From contig OZ024758.1 of assembly GCA_964016885.1 (NCBI GenBank), forward strand, positions 15,128,001 through 15,192,000: 64,000 bases of DNA. Direction: 5' to 3'. Position 1 is the first letter of the stretch. Each line of letters starts with the position of its first letter. The notes under the pieces are model-generated. The model saw only the letters and a list, made by a program, of their open reading frames with translations. It was not told the origin of the DNA and did not search any database. The position numbers and the translations under genes are program-made. Shown piece by piece: positions 38,892 to 52,534 of the stretch. Origin of the DNA: Eledone cirrhosa (lineage: Eukaryota).

Positions 38892-39749
38892 GGAGAGAGA
38901 TACATATGCTTCTTAGAGATTTTATTTAGAAATCTGACTGTTAATATTATTAGTTCTTTATTCTTTTATTGGTTTTAAGTTATTTGACTGTGGCCATGCT
39001 GGGGCACCTCCCTGAAGTGTTTACTTTTCTCAGCCATATAACTTATTTTTATCAATTTTTTTTTTTTTCTTTTTGTCAAAATAAATTATGGTTCATAGAC
39101 AAACATTAAATATAAAACACATGCATAATACACATGCACACGCACACATAAATACATATGTAAATGTGGTTAGCATTAGGAAAGCCATCCAGCCATAGAA
39201 AACCAGCTGAAAACACTCCTATATGAGTGAGTCACGGTCACCTGACCCAACTTGCCTCTAAATGGGACAAACCCGTCTAACCCATGCTAGTGTGGAAGAT
39301 AGATGTTAATCGAAGATGACAATGACAATATCTACCCACCCTTCTAACCCATGCTAGCGTGAAAAATGGATGACGAGATACATATATTTATATCATAGCG
39401 TGTTAAACAATGACGAGTTATATATATTTATATCATGGTTAATATAGAAATAGCTTCTGCAGGACTAGAACTGTTTCATTCAAACAAAATCATCAGGATT
39501 ATTTCTTTTGAATAAAACAGTTCCAGTGTAGACATGATATTTACACTCTACTAATGTATTGAGTACCTTACTAATTGTGGTTACCCCCAATTGAACCCTG
39601 GTATATATGTATATAATATATATAATTGGTGTTGGATGCTTAAAGCGTCCATATGCGGTAGGCCGTTTGAGCACTCGATGCCCTCAAAGAGCAGAGTATG
39701 ATATCACAGAAAAAAGGAGAATCAGTGATGTGATGAAAGGAATTTATTG

Positions 39750-39845
39750 GACATATTACAATCGTTTCTCTGGCGACCAGCTCGAGGCACGATCGATGTG
39801 ATGATCGAACCTGACTCTGAAAATCGCAAGGTCCTCAGATATGTC
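39750..39845 (-). ncRNA. Type I hammerhead fold with 63-nt extended stem II, family H3
   Basis: Minus strand: GACATAT CTGAGGA cCTtGCGATT...GGTCGCcAGa GAAA CGATTG TA ATATGTC; perfect 7-bp stem I. Confidence 0.72.
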
Positions 39846-40183
39846 TTGATTCTACGAGCTGGTTGCCAGAGAAACGATTGTAATATGTCCAATAAATTCC
39901 ATTCGTCGCAACACTGATTCTCTTTTTTTCTGTGATATATTATATATATATATTATATATATATATATATTATATTATATATATATATATATAATATATA
40001 TATATAATATATATATATAATATATATATATAATATATATATATATATATAATATATATATATATAATATATATATATATATAAGTATTGAAATTTCAGT
40101 TAGAAACAGAAAAGGTCATAGAAATAAAGAGTGCTCTATGTCAGTATCAGAGCAAAATTTAATGTATAAAATCAATACAATAT

Positions 40184-40263
40184 TATTACCTCATTACCAG
40201 AGGTTTCCCGAATGAGGCGAATACGAAATAAACGACTTCATTCGTTCGTCAGACGAGGCAATA
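40184..40263 (-). ncRNA. Type I hammerhead fold, family H2, intact core
   Basis: Minus strand: TATTGCCTCGT CTGACGA aCGAATGA...TCATTCGg GAAA CCTCTGG TA ATGAGGTAATA; 11-bp stem I with two G-U pairs. Confidence 0.8.
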
Positions 40264-40596
40264 TAAAACATGGGCAAATACTTAGAAAAACACATCAAGA
40301 AAATCAAAAAAATATATAGATAAATGAAATAGTAATTGAAATATATAAAAAATCTATCAAGAAAAATAGTTAGGTGTGTGTATGTGTATGTATATACGCT
40401 CATAGATGTGCATATATGTATATGTGCATGTGTAAATGTATGGTTAGAAAGGGTGCGTAATTATAAAAATAAAAGTTTAGGGCAAATGTATCTATATGTC
40501 TGTATTATGCAGACGGAAATGGTTATATATATATATATATTGTCATTACTACAACAGAGGTCCGACGAGCTTAATGAAAGCTTAAATCATTCTTGT

Positions 40597-40609
40597 ATTA
40601 TATATATAT

Positions 40610-40650
<41 letters not shown>

Positions 40651-41334
40651 CATGTGTATATTTATGTATATACATGTGTATGTATATACATATGTGTATA
40701 TATATATACATATGTGTATATATATACATATGTGTATATATATACATATGTGTATATATATACATATGTGTATATATATACATATGTGTATATATATACA
40801 TATGTGTATATATATGTATATACATATGTGTATATATATACATGTGTATATATATGTATATACATGTGTATATATATGTATATACATGTGTATATATATG
40901 TATATACATGTGTATATATATGTATATACATGTGTATATACATGTGTATATATATGTATATACATGTGTATATATATGTATATACATGTGTATATATATG
41001 TATATACATGTGTATATATATGTATATACATGTATATATATGTATATACATGTATATATATGTATATACATGTGTATATATATGTATATACATGTGTATA
41101 TATATGTATATACATGTGTATATATATGTATATACATGTGTATATATATGTATATACATGTGTATATATATGTATATACATGTGTATATATATGTATATA
41201 CATGTGTATATATATGTATATACATATGTGTATATATATATGTATATGCATATGTGTATATATATGTATATACATATGTGTATATACATGTGTATATATA
41301 TGTGTATATACATGTGTATATATATGTGTATACA

Positions 41335-41370
<36 letters not shown>
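40597..41370. repeat. TATATACATGTG-type microsatellite
   Basis: Self-complementary TA/CATG mosaic. Confidence 0.95.
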
Positions 41371-41375
<5 letters not shown>

Positions 41376-42431
41376 TTTTAGGACAGGTAAGTATGTTTTT
41401 GAAACGGTGAACGAGTTTGAAATTAGAAATAACTTTCGCCATATTTTTACTAAAGAAATTTTAGCCTGATGGTGGGGTTTAGAGTTCTCAAAGAAATGGA
41501 AAAGATGAGTATTGACGTACATGTTTATATATTTGACTGGCTTTGACACAGTTTATGCCTATCAAATTTCTCTCACAATATTTTGGTCAACTCAAAGCTA
41601 TTGTAGAAGATATTTAGCTAAGGTACCACACAATGGGACTAGACTAAAGAATCTAAAACAGTATAGCTGTGTGGCTGTGAAGTGAACACCTTAACCACAC
41701 AACATTGATATCTATCTCATATATTTTGTTTTTTATCTTTTTTCAATGTAGAAACTTTTCATAATTTATTTTAGTTATGAAATAACTGTATCTAGCACAG
41801 CCATTATTTTTGCCATAAATGTAATTATCTTTTTTATTTTATTTATCTTATTCCATTTTATATTTTATATTATTTGGCAGAATTTTAAAGAGAATATTCT
41901 AGTTTAAGGAAATTATTATTTTTTTTAATTACTTCTTTCTGCTTTTATACATGTTATGAGCTGTCAGTGAAATAAAAAACCTCAACATATATATATCTTT
42001 ATATTTATTTCATTACATTTTGATATTTTCATATAGATTAATTTTAACCAAAACAAAGATTTGTCGATAATTATGAATTCAAAACTGCTAGAATTAGATT
42101 TTTATTCTCTTTCCATCTCCAAGGCTAATTTTACCCGACTTATTTAACTATTTTATAGTAAATGTATGGAATTATTCTACCAGCTTTTCATACAAAAGCA
42201 AATAAATTTTCAATTTGCAAACTTGTCAAATTTCTTCATAAATTTATCAGTAATGTTTAAATTAAACATTTAAAAAAAAATATATACTATGAATATCTAA
42301 CTTGTATACTTTTATTTCATCCATTCCCCTCCTGATTTTTATTAACTCTCCCACATTCGTGATGTAGTCAGTCATTGTATTGTTTCCTTTCTCTGATACC
42401 CCTGTAGCAAATAAGAGAAATTATTATTTAT

Positions 42432-42978
42432 AGCAATTTTCTACTTTTGGCACAAGGCCAGCAATCACCCAGTACATTACTGGTACTTTATTTTATCAAC
42501 CCTGTAAGAATGAAAGGCAAAGTTAACCTCCTCAGCAAGATTTGAACTCGGACCGTAAAGGGCCATAACTCTGTGCTGCACAGCATGGTGTCTGACACTG
42601 AGGGTGATGGATTGGCAGCATCAGGTGAGCATTTGACAATATGCTTTACAGCATATAGTTATGGCACTTTACATTCTGAGTGCAAATCCTGCCGAGGTTA
42701 ACTTCGCTTTTCAACATTACAAGGTCAATAAAATAAAGTACCAGTTGTGCACTGGGGGTCAATTTGATCGACTTTCCCTTCCCCCTGTACCTAAATCAGA
42801 AACCAATGGTAGAGGGTCAGACGCCATGCTTTGACGCATAGAAGTTACAATCCTTGTCATTCTGAGTTCAAATCCCGCCGAGGTTAACTTTGCCTTTCAT
42901 CCTTACGGGGTCGATAAAATAAAGTACCAGTAATGTACTGGGATAATTGCTGGCCTTGTGCCAATAGTAGAAACAACT
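42432..42978. mobile_element. Three adjacent group A SINEs (-,+,+)
   Basis: 42432-42600, 42601-42805, 42806-42978. Confidence 0.85.
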
Positions 42979-43562
42979 ATTTACTTACTTTATCCACTTT
43001 TGATTTTAATCCTCTCAATGGCGGTATTTCAAATGAAATACTCTGCATTTGAATCAATAAAGAATTTTGGAAGGATTTACTAAAATTCTTATTTATTTCA
43101 TTATTAAGATGGTATTTGCAACATGCATAACTTAACAAAAGGTTTTTTGTATTAAATTATGCTGGAGGATTTTAATTTAAATAAGAACTCTTTAAAATGG
43201 GTAGCTTTGTTTTTCTAGAACCAGCGGCAGTTTTTGGACGAGTTGATATCAAAAGGGTTAAATCTATTGATGGGGGGGGGGGGGGGGGCATTGATTGAAT
43301 TAACTTGCCATCCATTACAGTACTTCTTTTGAATATTACTGAAATAACTTTGGGCCATATATTGAAATATTTGGGTTTGATGTAGTAAAGAATTTATGTA
43401 GCTTAATTTGGTATGGCTGTTTTATTTTTACAGCAGCCATTCTTCTTTTTAAGTCAGTCAAAGCTAGTTTTCAAGATGGGATGCTAGAGATAGATATATT
43501 TCTGGCTTGTGAGGGAACAGCTTAATGATATAGCTGAATATTTTGTATTTAGTTTGGTTGGA

Positions 43563-44045
43563 ACACGCACGCAGACACTCGCAGGCACTCGCAGACACTC
43601 TCACACACACACACTCTCACACACACACACACACACACTCTCACACACACACTCTCACAGACACACTCTCTCACACACACTCTCTCACACACACACTCTC
43701 ACACACACACACACACGCTCTCACACACACGCTCTCACACACACGCTCTCACACACACTCTCTCACACACACACACTCACACACACACTCACACTCTCAC
43801 TCTCACACTCTCACACACACACACACACACACGCACACTCTCACACACACACACACACTCTCACACACACACTCTCACACACACACACACACTCTCACAC
43901 ACTCTCACACACACACACTCTCCCACTCTCACACACTCTCACACACACACACACACTCTCTCACACACACCACACACACACTCTCTCACACACACTCACT
44001 CACACACTCACACACACACACTCTCTCTCTCTCTCTCTCTCTCTC
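43563..44045. repeat. (CA)n/(CT)n compound microsatellite
   Basis: Direct inspection. Confidence 0.95.
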
Positions 44046-44154
44046 AGTATAGTTAAGGTTGCTATTCACTACAATATTCAGTATCAACTCTGCCACAGGG
44101 AAATAGTTGCTATTGACTGATGTATTAGTCATCATATATTTTGGACATTTTATA

Positions 44155-44553
44155 TAATTGTTTCTACTTTTTGGCACAAGGCCAGCAATTACTCAGTACA
44201 TTACTGGTACTTTATTTTATCGACCTCCGTAAGGATGCAAAGGAAAAGTTAACCTCGGCGGGATTTGAACTCAGTCCGTAACTATGGGACGTAACTATGC
44301 TGCAAAGCATGGCGTCCAACCCTCTACCGATACTGCCAATCCACAACCCTTTATATTTTATATAATTGTTTCTACTTTAGGCACAAGGTCAGTAAAATTA
44401 CCCAGTGCATTACCGGTACTTTATTTTATCGACCCCGTAAGGATGAAAGGCAAAGTCAACCTCAGCGGGATTTGAACTCAGATCATAAAGGGACGTAACT
44501 ATGCTGGAAAGCATAGCGTCCGACCCTCTACCAATACTGCCAATCCCCCGCCC
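44155..44553 (-). mobile_element. Two tandem group A SINEs sharing the flank CCCTTTATATTTTTATATAAT
   Basis: 44155-44345 and 44365-44553. Confidence 0.85.
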
Positions 44554-45429
44554 TTTATATTTTATATAATGTAAGCTATAAATGTCTTCTACAGAGGACT
44601 GACTGTACTTCTAGGCTCTTCTAAAGCAGTTCCTTCAATTTATGGCAGTTTATATAGAAAAGGCTTTATCTCGTATAATCATCTTATATAATATTGAATC
44701 TGAGATTTTGATTTTATTTTGAGAACAATACCTTAACATCGATATGAGCGGCCGGTTATGACTGGTTTGAACAGACAGAGGTGAGAATTCTGGCCGGATA
44801 TGGCCGGTTTAAATGCTAAAGGGTTAAAGATGAAAGGCAAAGCTGACCTCAGCAGGATTTGAACCCAGAATGTAAAGGGCCATAACTATATGCTGCAAAG
44901 CAGGATGTCGCTTGCTCTAACAATCCTGCCAAAACCTTCACCATAAATGTGGCTGGCGTTAGGAAAAACATCCAGCCATAGAAACTAAGCCAACATCGAT
45001 TCTGTATGAGCAAAGACGTAGTCATTTGACCTGGCTTGTCTCACAACAGGACAACTTGACTAACCCATGCTAGTGTGGAAAAATACACGTTAAATAGTGA
45101 TGATGATGAACGCTAATTTTTAATGAGTAGGATCAGGGACACAGATGATGCTTTCTCCTCTCAACATAACATGTATTCATTCTTTCAGTTTTCTACAACC
45201 ATGTGCTGTATATTCTTTAATATTTATATACTCTTATTCTTTTACCAGCCAACTGGCTAAGGCCATACTGGAGCACTGTTGTATGTCTGTCTATCTACTT
45301 ACATAGTGTTATCAGGAGGCTATTATGTATGATTCGTGTAAATATGGGTCTTCACCCAGAAAGTTTCTTTCTAAGCCAACCTAAAAAGTATGACAATAAA
45401 TATTGATTTATATGATACATATACGATTT

Positions 45430-46954
45430 CATCATCACCATCACCATCATCATCACCATCATCATTGTCACCAACACAACCACCATCACCACCAACACAA
45501 CCACCATCACCACCAACACAACCACCATCACCACCAACACAACCACCAACACAACCACCATCACCACCAACACAACCACCATCACCACCAACACAACCAC
45601 CATCACCACCAACACAACCACCATCACCACCAACACAACCACCACCAACACAACCACCACCAACACAACCACCACCAACACAACCACCACCAACACAACC
45701 ACCACCAACACAACCACCACCAACACAACCACCACCAACACAACCACCACCAACACAACCACCACCAACACAACCACCACCACCACCATCACCACCAACA
45801 CCACCACCACCATCACCACCAACACCACCACCACCATCACCACCAACACCACCAACACCACCATCACCACCAACACAACCATCACCACCAACACAACCAC
45901 CATCACCACCAACACAACCACCATCACCACCAACACAACCACCATCACCACCAACACAACCACCATCACCACCAACACAACCACCATCACCACCAACACA
46001 ACCACCATCACCAACACAACCACCATCACCACCACCATCACCACCATCACCACCACCATCACCACCAACACAACCACCATCACCACCAACACAACCACCA
46101 TCACCACCAACACCAACACCACCAACACCAACACAACCACCAACACCACCACCAACACCACCAACACCAACACCAACACCATCAACATCAACACCATCAA
46201 CACCATCAACACCATCAACACCATCAACACCATCAACACCATCAACACCAACACCATCAACACCAACACCATCAACACCAACACCATCAACACCAACACC
46301 ATCAACACCAACACCATCAACACCAACACCATCAACACCAACACCATCAACACCATCAACACCATCAACACCAACACCATCAACACCAACACCATCAACA
46401 CCATCAACACCATCAACACCAACACCATCAACACCAACACCATCAACACCACCAACACCATCAACACCAACACCATCAACACCATCAACACCATCAACAC
46501 CAACACCATCAACACCATCAACACCATCAACACCAACACCATCAACACCATCAACACCAACACCATCAACACCAACACCATCAACACCAACACCATCAAC
46601 ACCAACACCATCAACACCATCAACACCATCAACACCATCAACACCAACACCACCAACACCACCAACACCACCAACACCACCAACACCACCAACACCACCA
46701 ACACCACCAACACCACCAACACCACCAACACCACCAACACCACCAACACCACCAACACCAACACCAACACCAACACCAACACCATCACCATCACCAACAC
46801 CATCACCACCACCAACACCATCACCACCACCAACACCATCACCACCACCAACACCATCACCACCACCAACACCATCACCACCACCAACACCATCACCACC
46901 ACCATCACCACCACCAACACAACCACCAACACCACAACCATCACCACCAACACC

Positions 46955-46985
<31 letters not shown>

Positions 46986-47057
46986 CCACCACCACCACCA
47001 CCAACACCACCACCACCACCAACACCACCAACACCACCAGCACCACCGCCACCATCA
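45430..47057. repeat. 1.6-kb CCA/ACA/TCA/CAA triplet-derived low-complexity tract
   Basis: Almost G-free plus strand; blocks of 9-21-bp sub-units. Confidence 0.93.
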
Positions 47058-47059
47058 TA

Positions 47060-47472
47060 TAGTTTCATATTTAGGCACAAGGTCAGCATTTTAGGAAGAG
47101 GAGAAAGTCAATTAAATCGACCCCAGTGCATTACTGGTGCTTTATTTTATCGACCCTGCAAGGATGAAAATTAAAGTTAACCTCGGCAGGATTTGAACTC
47201 AGAACGTAAAAGGCCATAACTCTATACTGCAAAGCATGGTGTCTGAGGCTCGACTGATATGCCAATTCAATAGTAATAATTATTTCTACTTTTGGTACAA
47301 CGCCAGAAATTATCGATTAAATCGACCCCAGTGCATTACTGGTACTTTATTTTATCGACCCCCGTAAGGATGAAAGGCAAAGTTAACCTCGGCGGGATTT
47401 GAATTTAGATTCTAAAGAGCCATAACACTATGCTGCAAAGCATAGTGTCTGACACTCTACCGATACTGCCAA
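47060..47472 (-). mobile_element. Two group A SINEs
   Basis: 47060-47265 and 47278-47472. Confidence 0.85.
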
Positions 47473-47487
47473 TAATGAAAATTATAG

Positions 47488-49532
47488 CCTTGAATGCAAA
47501 GCATGACATCTGACCCTCTACCGATAGTGACAATCCACTGTCCTTAGGCTAAATAATGAAGACTGTAACTTTGAAACCTTGAATGCAAAGCATGACATCT
47601 GACCCTCTACCAATAGTGACAATCCACTGTCCTTAGGCTAAATAATGAAGTCTGTAACTTTGAAACCTTGAATGCAAAGCATGACATCTGACCCTCTACC
47701 GATAGTGACAATCCACTGTCCTTAGGCTAAATAATGAAGACTGTAACTTTGAAACCTTGAATGCAAAGCATGACATCTGACCCTCTACCAATAGTGACAA
47801 TCCACTGTCCTTAGGCTAAATAATGAAGACTGTAACTTTGAAACCTTGAATGCAAAGCATGACATCTGACCCTCTACCGATAGTGACAATCCACTGTCCT
47901 TAGGCTAAATAATGAAGACTGTAACTTTGAAACCTTGAATGCAAAGCATGACATCTGACCCTCTACCAATAGTGACAATCCACTGTCCTTAGGCTAAATA
48001 ATGAAGTCTGTAACTTTGAAACCTTGAATGCAAAGCATGACATCTGACCCTCTACCGATAGTGACAATCCACTGTCCTTAGGCTAAATAATGAAGTCTGT
48101 AACTTTGAAACCTTGAATGCAAAGCATGACATCTGACCCTCTACCAATAGTGACAATCCACTGTCCTTAGGCTAAATAATGAAGTCTGTAACTTTGAAAC
48201 CTTGAATGCAAAGCATGACATCTGACCCTCTACCAATAGTGACAATCCACTGTCCTTAGGCTAAATAATGAAGTCTGTAACTTTGAAACCTTGAATGCAA
48301 AGCATGACATCTGACCCTCTACCGATAGTGACAATCCACTGTCCTTAGGCTAAATAATGAAGACTGTAACTTTGAAACCTTGAATGCAAAGCATGACATC
48401 TGACCCTCTACCAATAGTGACAATCCACTGTCCTTAGGCTAAATAATGAAGTCTGTAACTTTGAAACCTTGAATGCAAAGCATGACATCTGACCCTCTAC
48501 CAATAGTGACAATCCACTGTCCTTAGGCTAAATAATGAAGTCTGTAACTTTGAAACCTTGAATGCAAAGCATGACATCTGACCCTCTACCGATAGTGACA
48601 ATCCACTGTCCTTAGGCTAAATAATGAAGACTGTAACTTTGAAACCTTGAATGCAAAGCATGACATCTGACCCTCTACCGATAGTGTCAATCAACTGTCC
48701 TTAGGCTAAATAATGAAGACTGTAACTTTGAAACCTTGAATGCAAAGCATGACATCTGACCCTCTACCGATAGTGACAATCCACTGTCCTTAGGCTAAAT
48801 AATGAAGACTGTAACTTTGAAACCTTGAATGCAAAGCATGACATCTGACCCTCTACCAATAGTGTCAATCCACTGTCCTTAGGCTAAATAATGAAGACTG
48901 TAACTTTGAAACCTTGAATGCAAAGCATGACATCTGACCCTCTACCAATAGTGACAATCCACTGTCCTTAGGCTAAATAATGAAGACTGTAACTTTGAAA
49001 CCTTGAATGCAAAGCATGACATCTGACCCTCTACCGATAGTAACAATCCACTGTCCTTAGGTTAAATAATGAAGACTGTAACTTTGAAACCTTGAATGCA
49101 AAGCATGACATCTGACCCTCTACCGATAGTGACAATCCACTGTCCTTAGGTTAAATAATGAAGACTGTAACTTTGAAACCTTGAATGCAAAGCATGACAT
49201 CTGACCCTCTACCGATAGTGACAATCCACTGTCCTTAGGTTAAATAATGAAGACTAACTTTGAAACCTTGAATGCAAAGCATGACATCTGACCCTCTACC
49301 AATAGTGACAATCCACTGTCCTTAGGCTAAATAATGAAGACTGTAACTTTGAAACCTTGAATGCAAAGCATGACATCTGACCCTCTACCAATAGTGACAA
49401 TCCACTGTCCTTAGGCTAAATAATGAAGTCTGTAACTTTGAAACCTTGAATGCAAAGCATGACATCTGACCCTCTACCGATAGTGACAATCCACTGTCCT
49501 TAGGCTAAATAATGAAGACTGTAACTTTGAAA
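47488..49532. repeat. 89-bp satellite, ~23 highly similar units, containing a SINE A head
   Basis: Period 89 (47491, 47580, 47669...). TGCAAAGCATGACATCTGACCCTCTACCGATAGTGACAATCCACTGTCCT is the diverged reverse complement of the SINE A 5' end. Confidence 0.95.
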
Positions 49533-49903
49533 TCTTTGCTCCAAGACTTTTCTCTATTCAAATATGACGTTCCAACAAAACATTCAATGTGGGATAGAAA
49601 TTTGAATTACAAAAGTCGAAAATACAATTACAAAATACTAAACATTTTTTTTATATTCATTGATCACAAATCAATATTTAAATTCTATCTTGTTCAGGAA
49701 ATAGACTTATTTTCTACAATAGGTAAAGAAATAAGTACAAGAAATAATATTAAAAAAAAAAGCAATATTTTCATTTCCCTCCAACTGATTCACAAATGAA
49801 AGAAGTATTATTTTACCGTGATGTTATTTTAAATAGCTTTCCAATAAATAGATAAAGGCTGTAGGAGTAAATGAGAATGTATGTATGTATGTATGTATGT
49901 ATG

Positions 49904-49949
<46 letters not shown>

Positions 49950-50261
49950 ATATTATACATAATATATATATATGGGTGTGTGTAAAAAGTAAACAGAAAT
50001 AACAAAGCAAACAGAACAGTACATTGAAGAAATATATTAGTTTAATGCTTGAAATAAGGTATATAATAGTCATTCCATGCAACTTTCTTGGTCAGCCTAT
50101 GAACTTCTCAGTCCACCCCTTCAATCTTTCTAATTTTTCATTCTTTCTTCTGACGGACTAGTGTCCAAAACGTTTAGACGCTCTTCCTGCTATTTCAAGT
50201 ATTAACCTAATATATTCCTTCCATATACTGTACCAATTGTTATTTCTGTTTACCTCATACT

Positions 50262-50295
<34 letters not shown>

Positions 50296-50441
50296 GAGGT
50301 TATATTTAATTTGTTGGGATACAACAAGCTAAAATATTTTTATAACTGATATAAAGTACTTCCTATCCAGGAAGCTCCAACCGTTAAGGTTGCATTTTTT
50401 CAGGGTATGTCAATATTTATTTATAAAATGAATCTGTATTA

Positions 50442-50507
50442 TATTTTATCTGATGAAAGCGCACCATAATCTGCCTTGGTGGCTCTTGAAATATGTATAA
50501 TAGAATA
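50442..50507 (+). ncRNA. Type I hammerhead fold, family H1
   Basis: TATTTTAT CTGATGA AAGcgCACCA [loop] TGGTGgctCTT GAAA TATGTA TA ATAGAATA. Confidence 0.72.
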
Positions 50508-50950
50508 AATATAGTTTCCATTTGTTAATATGTTGTATATATATATATGAAAATGTATGACCCCGACAGCAGAGCTCAAGCCATTTCGACGGCTATTTCT
50601 GGACTAAGTATTGAGTACTCTGGTGCATTATGGTCCATCTGGTTCCTTACCACAACTCTTTTGTTATATATATACATACACACACACAGTTCCACACTGT
50701 AAATGTGGTTGGTGTTAAGAAGGGCATCCAGCTGTAAAATACCCGGCTTAATTTACAGTCCTTGCTGGAGCAAGGTGTGATGGCCAGACTTGCCTCCCGG
50801 CGTGGATGACCTGTCTAACCCATGCACGCATGGAAAAATTGACGTTAAACAGTGATGATGATGTGCAGGCATGATTGCATGGCACATTGGGCGTCTTCTC
50901 GTATAGCCTCAGGTTGTCCAATGTCCCACAAGTGAAATTTGGAAGACAAG

Positions 50951-51540
50951 TGTATGTATATATATATATATATGCATGTGTGACTGTATGTATGTATGTA
51001 TATATATATATATATATACATGTGTGACTGTATGTATATATATATGCATATGTGACTGTATGTATGTATATATATATATATGCATGTGTGACTGTATGTA
51101 TATATATATATATATGCATGTGTGACTGTATGTATATATATATATATATATATATGCATGTGACTGTATGTAAATATATATATATATATATGCATGTGTG
51201 ACTGTATGTATATATATATATATATATATGCATGTGTGACTGTATGTATGTATATATATATATATATGCATGTGTGACTGTATGTATGTATATATATATA
51301 TGCATGTGTGACTGTATGTATGTATATATATATATATGCATGTGTGACTGTATGTATGTATATATGCATGTGTGACTGTATGTATGTATATATATATATA
51401 TATATGCATGTGTGACTGTATGTAAATATATATATATATATATGCATGTGTGACTGTATGTATATATATGCATGTGACTGTATGTATATATATATATATG
51501 CGTGTGTGTGTATATATATAGATAGATATGCGTGTGTGTG
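50951..51540. repeat. TATGCATGTGTGACTGTATG + (TA)n minisatellite
   Basis: Repeating GCATGTGTGACTG core with variable TA runs. Confidence 0.93.
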
Positions 51541-51656
51541 ATGTGTCCCTGTCCTCATGTATGTTTAAATTTACTGTTTGTTTATATGGTCTCCTGCTTT
51601 TCCTTCACCAGTCTTGGACGTTCTGTAAAAGACCTTGGATGCAGCCTGTCCAACCA

Positions 51657-52232
51657 TTAACCCTTTCATTATCATATTTCTAATGAAAGACACAGCCTAT
51701 AAATTTGAAAATCAAATCTTTGAAGGGATTTAGTACTATAACTTTCTCATAATTAATCCTTTAGCATTTACATTAGTCTATATATACTATTGTATTTTTA
51801 CAGTAAAGGCTTTACCTCACATAATATCGAATCTATGAGATTTTGATGTTATTTAGAGAACAATTTTTTAACATAAGTTTGAACAGCCATTTATAGCTGG
51901 TTTGAATAGAAAGAGTTGAGAGAATTCTGGCCGGATATGGCCGGTTTAAACGCTAAAAGGGTAAGCTGATGTTTAGAACATAATTTCACAAAGGTTCTTA
52001 TCTAAAAATATTCCATTATAATTTTTATGTAAGTATAGTAGTTAGATATCACTGAATTTTTGAAAATATTTAAATCTATTTAAAGTTTAAAATACAGGGT
52101 GTCCCCCAAAAATATATACACACTTTTATTAGAATGCTGTTGAAGTGTGTATACATTTTTGGGGGACACCTTGTAGTTTTGTATTTTAAAACTGTGGGGC
52201 TGTTTCAGCTAGTTTGGTATTAAAAGGGTTAA
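51657..52232. mobile_element. piggyBac-type MITE P2 carrying nested P1 (51753-51964) and a Tc1/mariner MITE (52096-52173)
   Basis: TTAA-CCCTTTCATTATCA ... TGGTATTAAAAGGG-TTAA; the empty P1 site is visible in the P2 copy at 55581-55605. Confidence 0.75.
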
Positions 52233-52534
52233 AACAATAAAAAAACAAAAAATAACTTATCAGGTTCATATTCTCCATTTTGAACTGATAAATTGTTACT
52301 ATAGACCAAAGGTTCTCACCCCCCCCCCCTCTCACGACCCTGTGATACCCTAGCCAGCCCCCCCCCATCCCTAGACTTACCTACATGCAAATTGTAAATA
52401 ATATATAATAAATAAAATCATTAATTTATATATAACAATATAATATATACTATGTATAAATAAATATTATATATTTATTTTACTATATTTATATATAATA
52501 TATAATCATATCATTTGATATTTAATCTATTTAA

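Noticed and set aside
45352-47174. Extensin/mucin, Gly-rich or His-rich protein CDS
   Set aside because: Four overlapping open frames from a triplet repeat; no signal peptide, and the ORF end runs into a SINE. Kept only as a low-interest finding.
50145-50180. CTGAC-GGAC/GTCC-AAAACGTT hammerhead-like motif in a repeat also seen at 10180, 25710 and 49985
   Set aside because: Both core segments deviate; may be a relic but is not supportable.
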